32,000 nt of DNA from Promethearchaeota archaeon (GTDB lineage: Archaea > Asgardarchaeota > Lokiarchaeia > Sigyniarchaeales > SOKP01): positions 33,414 to 65,413 of the forward strand of contig JAUWGH010000011.1 of assembly GCA_030606485.1 (NCBI GenBank), read 5' to 3'. The notes below the pieces were generated by a model. That model made no database searches, was not told the origin of the DNA, and saw nothing but the letters and a program-made list of their open reading frames with translations. This document shows, one piece after another, positions 26,646-32,000 of the stretch (position 1 is the stretch's first letter; each line of letters starts with the position of its first letter). The position numbers were made by a program, and so were the translations under genes.

Positions 26646-27425
26646 ATGAGTTGGGAGGAAAGAGAGATTTTATTAGTTGCAAAAACCTATCCTGTAAGAA
26701 GTAGATCTCATGGAAATACCGTATGTACTGCAGGGATTTTAGAAGATACAAATGAATGGGTAAGAATTTATCCAATCAGATGGATAAAATATGCTAAAAA
26801 TAATTTAAAGAAATTTGTGCGCTTTAAAGCTCAAATTAAGAAAAATACTTCAGAATATCTACAAAGAAAAGATTCCTATAAAATCAGAGAACCTACAATC
26901 AGAATAACTGATGATAGTTTAACTAAAACTCAAAATAAAGGAGTCTGGCAAGAAAGAAAAAAGATATTATTAAAAACTCTCTCCAATTCAATTGAAACTC
27001 TTAATGAAAAATTTAAGGAGGATAAAACATCATTAGGAATGATAAAACCAATAGCAAATTCAATAGAATTTTTGATTCTTAAACCAGTTGATGAAATTGA
27101 AATTGATGTTGAAAAATCAACTCAATATACCATTTTTGGAGAGAAATTAATAAAAGTTGATAAAATAGAAAATGTATTTAAATATAAATTTAAATGTATT
27201 AATGTTAAATGTTCCACTCATAAAATGATATGTGAAGATTGGGAATTACTACAAGCTTTTAGAAAATTTAGAAAGATATACGATTCTGAAGAACTCGAAA
27301 AACAATTAAGAAATCAATTTTATGAAAAAATGATTAAATATAGAGATTTATATTTTATTGTAGGTACTCATTGGCAATTTCCTAAATTTTTAATAATTGG
27401 ACTTTTTTATCCCCCAAAAAGATAA
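26646..27425 (+). CDS. conserved hypothetical protein, DUF488-associated (dual-OB-like) family
   Basis: AKTYP..S..HGNTVCTAGI....WVRIYPI, SLGMIKP, FKYKFKC....C..H.MICEDWE, LYFIVGT..F.IIGLFYPP. Confidence 0.65.
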   Translation: MSWEEREILLVAKTYPVRSRSHGNTVCTAGILEDTNEWVRIYPIRWIKYAKNNLKKFVRFKAQIKKNTSEYLQRKDSYKIREPTIRITDDSLTKTQNKGVWQERKKILLKTLSNSIETLNEKFKEDKTSLGMIKPIANSIEFLILKPVDEIEIDVEKSTQYTIFGEKLIKVDKIENVFKYKFKCINVKCSTHKMICEDWELLQAFRKFRKIYDSEELEKQLRNQFYEKMIKYRDLYFIVGTHWQFPKFLIIGLFYPPKR

Positions 27426-27438
27426 GAGATTAAATAAA

Positions 27439-28503
27439 ATGAAAATAAAAATTGAAAAAATAATAGTTGGAAAATATAATGTAAGAGAAAAATTTGAACA
27501 AGAATATTTAGAAGAAATAAAAGAAAGCCTAAAAATTGATGGGCAATGGAATCCTATAATTATAAGACCTATAGGAAATGGGAAATATGAATTGATTTCA
27601 GGACATTATCGTTTACAAGCGGCCATAGAATTAGGTTGGAAAGAAATCGAGGCTACTGTAAAAGATATATCAGAAATTAATGCAGATGTATTGTCTTTAA
27701 AAACAAATTTATTAAGATTGAATATGTCTCCAAGAGAACAAGGTAAAGTTATACATAATTTAATAACAAAATATGGGATTAGTCAAAATGAATTAGCGGA
27801 AAAAATAGGAATGAGTCAGAGCAAAATTAGTCAATTATTAACAATTGTATTGAAATTACATAAATCTGTCGTTGATGCTTTAAATTTAAAAACCATAAAT
27901 TATGGAATTGCATCTGTTATTGGAAGTCTTAGTTTAGAACAGCAACCTATTTTTTTAGAAATCATTTTGAATAGTAAAATCTCATCTCCAGCATTAGCAA
28001 CAAAAATAAAGAATAAATTTTTAAATAACACCTTATATACGATTGGATATCAAGGACGAAATTCAGCTAATTTTATTGAAATTTTAGAAAAAAATGATAT
28101 TAAACTTGTCGTTGATATTAGAAGTTCTGCAAAATCAGAAAAAAAACCAGAATTTAATGAAGAAATCCTGAGTCGAGAATTGGAGCGAAATGATATGAAA
28201 TATAAACACTATCCAGAATTAGGTGTTCCATATATACTTCAAGAACCATATAAAGATGGAAAATTTTCATATGAGTGTTTAAAACAATGGTACAATTGGC
28301 ATATCAAAGAAAATGTTGAATTGGAAGAAATAATAAAATTTTTAAAAGATTCGGGACGGTCGGTAATATTATGTATGGAAAGATATGCAAAACCAACGAA
28401 AGAGCAAAAATATGCTTGCCACAGAAATATTCTTGCAGATTTAATTTTAAAATTTAAGGTTTCAGATCCCTTGCTTGAATTTAATAAAAGGATAGATTTA
28501 TAA
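27439..28503 (+). CDS. ParB/Srx-HTH-DUF488 fusion protein
   Basis: PIIIRP..YELISGHYRLQAA (ParB), SQNELAEKIGMSQSKISQLL (HTH), then YTIGY, VDIR, HYPELG, LCME..CHR (DUF488). Confidence 0.85.
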   Translation: MKIKIEKIIVGKYNVREKFEQEYLEEIKESLKIDGQWNPIIIRPIGNGKYELISGHYRLQAAIELGWKEIEATVKDISEINADVLSLKTNLLRLNMSPREQGKVIHNLITKYGISQNELAEKIGMSQSKISQLLTIVLKLHKSVVDALNLKTINYGIASVIGSLSLEQQPIFLEIILNSKISSPALATKIKNKFLNNTLYTIGYQGRNSANFIEILEKNDIKLVVDIRSSAKSEKKPEFNEEILSRELERNDMKYKHYPELGVPYILQEPYKDGKFSYECLKQWYNWHIKENVELEEIIKFLKDSGRSVILCMERYAKPTKEQKYACHRNILADLILKFKVSDPLLEFNKRIDL

Positions 28504-28707
28504 AATTATTTTTAATTTTAATTTATTTTAAAATAAAGATTTTCAGCTTTTTATGAAGATGATACTCATTTCTTTTATTTTCTTTAATCAAAATTGCATT
28601 AAGATTCAAACATTTGTGATCAAATAACTCAAAATCCCTCGTGATAAAGAAATTTTGATATTTTTACTATTTTATCGATTCTATATATATGACTTTTTAT
28701 TAGTATT

Positions 28708-29172
28708 TTAAAAAAAAGAATTATTGGAGCAATTAAAGCATTCTGAGTTTTTTATATCGTTTGCTAATCTACAATTTTCACATATTTTAATTTTTGTGCA
28801 GATATTCTTTTCTATAATTAATATTTTAATCTCAAATTGAATAGTTTTTAAAGCATTATTTAAATCACTTATACATTCTTTACCAATCAATATACCTCTA
28901 ATTCTTTTATTATCCCCAAATTCTTGTCCAATATCTTCCAAATAGCCATTTAATTGTAATAAATGATTAATTTCAAGGGGTTCAATTTTTAATTCGATTA
29001 CAACAATTTCATTTTTTAAAAAAACTATTAAATCGGCAAATCCTGATGGTAGGCGATATTGTGGTATTGATTTTTGATTAAGAAATTGTTTTTCAATCAA
29101 ATATGGATGAGTTTGGTAAAGAGTTTGAATTTCTTTTTCAGTAACAGAATTTTCTTCATCTAAAAAAAACAC
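28708..29172 (-). CDS. NucS-like PD-(D/E)XK endonuclease domain with C-terminal zinc ribbon
   Basis: EKEIQ, GFADLI..IVVIELK, QLNGY, RGILIG; CENC...CFNC. Confidence 0.78.
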   Translation of the reverse strand: MFFLDEENSVTEKEIQTLYQTHPYLIEKQFLNQKSIPQYRLPSGFADLIVFLKNEIVVIELKIEPLEINHLLQLNGYLEDIGQEFGDNKRIRGILIGKECISDLNNALKTIQFEIKILIIEKNICTKIKICENCRLANDIKNSECFNCSNNSFF

Positions 29173-29177
29173 GTTAT

Positions 29178-29783
29178 TTACCTTCCTAAATGCGCTATTG
29201 CTTTATCTTCCATAATTCTTTCGACGATAACATTGACAATTTTTTCCCTTTTACGGAATCTTTTTTCATTTGATTTTAAAATGGAATAAGCGGCTTGTTT
29301 TAAAATTTGGACATCTGGATATCTTTTTAAATCATTTAATTCTTTTCTTAATTGTTCTGGGGGTAACATAAGCCATCTTGAGGTTTGATCTTCAATTCTA
29401 ATCTTTTTTGATACAGAAGGGGCTTTCTTTTTAGGCGGAAGTTTCCTTTTTGGAGCTTTTCTAACAGGTTTAGGAAGTAGTTCTATCAATTTTTTAAGAG
29501 CAATGTTCTTAGATATAGATACTTTTGCTATCTCCTCTTCGATATCTACCCTTTTGGTTTTTTTAACTTGATAATTTAATTTTATTTTTGAAAAATTTTT
29601 TAGATCTGTAATAATTCTAAAATTTTTTTTATCTTTAAAGAAATTTAATATTTTTTCATCAATTTTAACACATAGATTTAAATCCTGTTCCAATTTAATT
29701 AATAAATTATGAATTTGATTGAGATCATAGAACTCTGATTTATTCTGAATTAATAATTTAATCCCATCTATTATTTCAATCAT
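29178..29783 (-). CDS. hypothetical basic protein downstream of parA
   Basis: 201-aa ORF tightly packed between ParA and the nuclease; Lys/Pro-rich linker; GGAGG SD upstream. Confidence 0.75.
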   Translation of the reverse strand: MIEIIDGIKLLIQNKSEFYDLNQIHNLLIKLEQDLNLCVKIDEKILNFFKDKKNFRIITDLKNFSKIKLNYQVKKTKRVDIEEEIAKVSISKNIALKKLIELLPKPVRKAPKRKLPPKKKAPSVSKKIRIEDQTSRWLMLPPEQLRKELNDLKRYPDVQILKQAAYSILKSNEKRFRKREKIVNVIVERIMEDKAIAHLGR

Positions 29784-29816
29784 AATATTTTTAATTGGAA
29801 AAACCCCTCCTTTATT

Positions 29817-30734
29817 TCATTTTGAAATTATATTCAGTATTTCATGACATAGGTTTCTAAATTCCATTGTAGAATCAGAGCGGGGTTTATCAACACAAAC
29901 GGGTAAATATTTACCAGAAGCCTTTTTGATATCAACTTTATTAGTAATTATACTTCTAAATACTATAGAATTTTCATCAACCATGTTTTCTTGTTTAAAA
30001 ATTTCTAATAATCGCCGAATCCTTTGTAATCCATCTTTATGTACATTTATGCGTGTATCCAATAAATTTATCAATATTCCAGCTAATTTAACAGATGCAT
30101 TTTTCTCTTCTCTTTTAATCTCAATCGTTTTGTTTAATGAATTAACTAAGAGTGGAATTCCACTAATAGATAGATAATCAGGAATTGTTGGAATTATAAA
30201 ATAATCTGATGCATATAATGAATTATGGGTAGTTGTATAGATATTTGGAGGACAATCAATAAGTATAAAATCATAATAATCTTTTATTTGTTCCAGAAAT
30301 TTACTAAGAATAGCAAACCTTGATCTTACATAATTAACGATTTTTTGTTCTAATTGCATTAGGTGAGAAGTTGCGGGAAGTAAATCAAGTTGAGTTAATG
30401 GTCTGATTTCTTTTCCTTGAATTGTTCGTCTTACAACTGATTTAATTATTGCAGTTCCAAAATTAAATCTTTTCTTATTTTCATTATCTTCCATTGCATC
30501 TAAAAAAAGTTGATAAATGGTATCGCGATATATATCATTTTCATCTAGTTCATATCCAAATTTTTGTTGATATCTCTTTGGACCCATCAACAATGTAGAA
30601 ACGTTTGCTTGAGGATCCGTATCAATTACTAATACTTTTCGATTTTCTCTTGCGAGTTCTCCTGCAATATTGGCGCAGCATGTAGTTTTTCCCACGCCCC
30701 CCTTTAAATTTATAAAACTAATAATAACGCCCAT
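29817..30734 (-). CDS. parA: ParA/Soj family ATPase
   Basis: Deviant Walker A KGGVGKTT, VIDTDPQAN, ILIDCPP, SDYFIIP. Confidence 0.9.
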   Translation of the reverse strand: MGVIISFINLKGGVGKTTCCANIAGELARENRKVLVIDTDPQANVSTLLMGPKRYQQKFGYELDENDIYRDTIYQLFLDAMEDNENKKRFNFGTAIIKSVVRRTIQGKEIRPLTQLDLLPATSHLMQLEQKIVNYVRSRFAILSKFLEQIKDYYDFILIDCPPNIYTTTHNSLYASDYFIIPTIPDYLSISGIPLLVNSLNKTIEIKREEKNASVKLAGILINLLDTRINVHKDGLQRIRRLLEIFKQENMVDENSIVFRSIITNKVDIKKASGKYLPVCVDKPRSDSTMEFRNLCHEILNIISK

Positions 30735-31177
30735 TTTTTATCAATCTAAAATATACTGTTAGCTAATAGAACATATACACAATTTAATTTTTTGTTTTGT
30801 AATAATTTTGCTGGAATCTTATTTTTAATAATAAACTACATTAAATTTAATTTTAATTATAAAGATTCCAAATGTATAGAGAATTCTTTGGGTTGCATTT
30901 AAGAGAATGGGAACAAGAAGGTATTATCAATTATATAGATAATTTAATACATAGGAAAAAAGCCCTATCTCCCTAAAATTTTAAACCCTTTCACTTTCTT
31001 CTCTTAAAATACCTCAATTTAACCCTATTACACTAAAAATAACCAAGATATTTTCTAACAGAATTTTGAAGTTCATTTTTCATAATACCAAAGTTTATTT
31101 AATTTAAAAATTTATCTTACATGCTTGAACAGAGATATTTCAAAGTTTCAAGTATAAAATTAAAATTTGGTGAAAGT

Positions 31178-31318
31178 ATGTCTAATAGAAATTATGGCAA
31201 TAGAACGATGCACAAAGCTACATGTGCCGACTGCGGCAACGAGTGCGAAGTTCCATTTCAGCCTAAGGAAGGCAGACCTGTTTATTGTCGAGAGTGTTAT
31301 AGAAAGCATAGAAGATAA
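31178..31318 (+). CDS. CxxC-x17-CxxC domain protein
   Basis: MHKATCADCGNECEVPFQPKEGRPVYCRECY. Confidence 0.92.
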   Translation: MSNRNYGNRTMHKATCADCGNECEVPFQPKEGRPVYCRECYRKHRR

Positions 31319-31334
31319 TTAATTCAATTTTTTC

Positions 31335-31361
31335 TAAGTTTTGGTTACAACCAAAAACTTA
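31335..31361 (+). terminator. hairpin followed by T-rich runs downstream of the CxxC-x17-CxxC gene
   Basis: taagttttggtt-ac-aaccaaaaactta inverted repeat with one bulge. Confidence 0.4.
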
Positions 31362-31556
31362 TTTTCTAACTTATCGAGTAATGATTAATTTTTTTTAATT
31401 TTTTTTAATTCTTTTTTTAGGCCCTAGATCTATAAAAATAAACCTACACAAAATAATTAAAGAACCCGTTTCAAGGCTTCATACCCTTCAAATTTAAATA
31501 TTAGAAGATTTTTATCAATACGTAGAATTAAAATTGGAGAAACAGGGATTTAATGA

Positions 31557-31694
31557 TTAAATGTGTAAAATATCACATTTTTGGGCATATGGATTATTTC
31601 TTCCGACATGAAAAAATTCCATCTTTTCATATTTCTCCCAGAATCGATATAAAGCATTACACATTTTCGATACGTGCGGGAATTTTTTTTCCAT
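31557..31694 (-). pseudogene. 45-aa ORF, possibly an RNase HI-like C-terminal remnant
   Basis: MEKKFPHVSKMCNALYRFWEKYEKMEFFHVGRNNPYAQKCDILHI*; F.HV.R.N...D.L weakly resembles the RNase H C-terminus. Confidence 0.3.
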
Positions 31695-31756
31695 TTTTTG
31701 ACTTATATATAAAAGGCTTATAAGATTAACAAACATATATTTGAGATCATTATTTT

Positions 31757-31984
31757 ATGAGCAACATGGACAAATTAAACGCAATATCACAAATGATAGA
31801 GGGATTGAAAGAGATTAAACAAGAAGAGAAAATAATAGTGCCTAATTGTGAATTCTGTGGTAAAAGCATCGTGGGCAGTAAGTGGAATAAGGAATATCAT
31901 CATATTAATATATGCCAAGAACCAATAAAACGATTTTTTTGTTCCCGTCAATGTAAATTAAGATGGGTTTTTAAAAATTTTTGA
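31757..31984 (+). CDS. small metal-binding protein (TRASH/YHS-like CxxC...FCSxxC)
   Basis: CEFCGKSI...FFCSRQC. Confidence 0.65.
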   Translation: MSNMDKLNAISQMIEGLKEIKQEEKIIVPNCEFCGKSIVGSKWNKEYHHINICQEPIKRFFCSRQCKLRWVFKNF

Positions 31985-32000
31985 TTTTATTTTGTTGATA

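Noticed and set aside
28510-28670. Minus-strand frame KYQNFFITRDFELFDHK..., faintly like a PIN C-terminus
   Set aside because: Single short motif with no start; cannot be supported
30813-30942. Short inverted repeats upstream of parA (ggaatctt/aagattcc; ttatc/gataa) as possible parS sites
   Set aside because: Only 5-8 bp in very AT-rich DNA and not repeated; expected by chance
1-32000. tRNA, rRNA, integrase, transposase or att sites
   Set aside because: No GC-rich structured RNA, recombinase motif or terminal repeats recognised by eye; tRNAscan-SE and ISEScan would be decisive

Overview
AT-rich window whose gene content (roadblock/LC7 proteins, Rab-like small GTPase fold, gelsolin-like domain, many zinc-ribbon tails, WD40/TPR/LRR repeat proteins, CxxC-x17-CxxC protein) points to an Asgard archaeon, most likely Lokiarchaeia/Promethearchaeota (inference, not a database result). 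1-11.5 kb: accessory metabolic and membrane genes (FAD oxidoreductase, amidohydrolase, SAM methyltransferase, ICMT/PEMT-type methyltransferase, radical SAM, DUF523, QueG-like Fe-S protein, two alpha/beta hydrolases). 11.6-25.7 kb: a rearranged zone full of relics of neighbouring genes (three ICMT shards, a GH1 glycosidase shard, zinc-ribbon shards, a ~455-bp roadblock duplication), with WD40, TPR and LRR repeat-protein genes, a phage-type gene, and a minus-strand module of roadblock, G-motif-degenerate Rab-like protein and gelsolin-coiled-coil protein. 26-30.7 kb: a candidate conflict or mobile module: Regnase-type PIN, OB-like 'KTYP..CTAG..WxRxYP' protein and ParB-HTH-DUF488 fusion, convergent with ParA, an unknown protein and a NucS-like nuclease with a zinc ribbon. 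No rRNA, tRNA, CRISPR array, integrase or transposase was recognised. All family calls come from reading motifs by eye.
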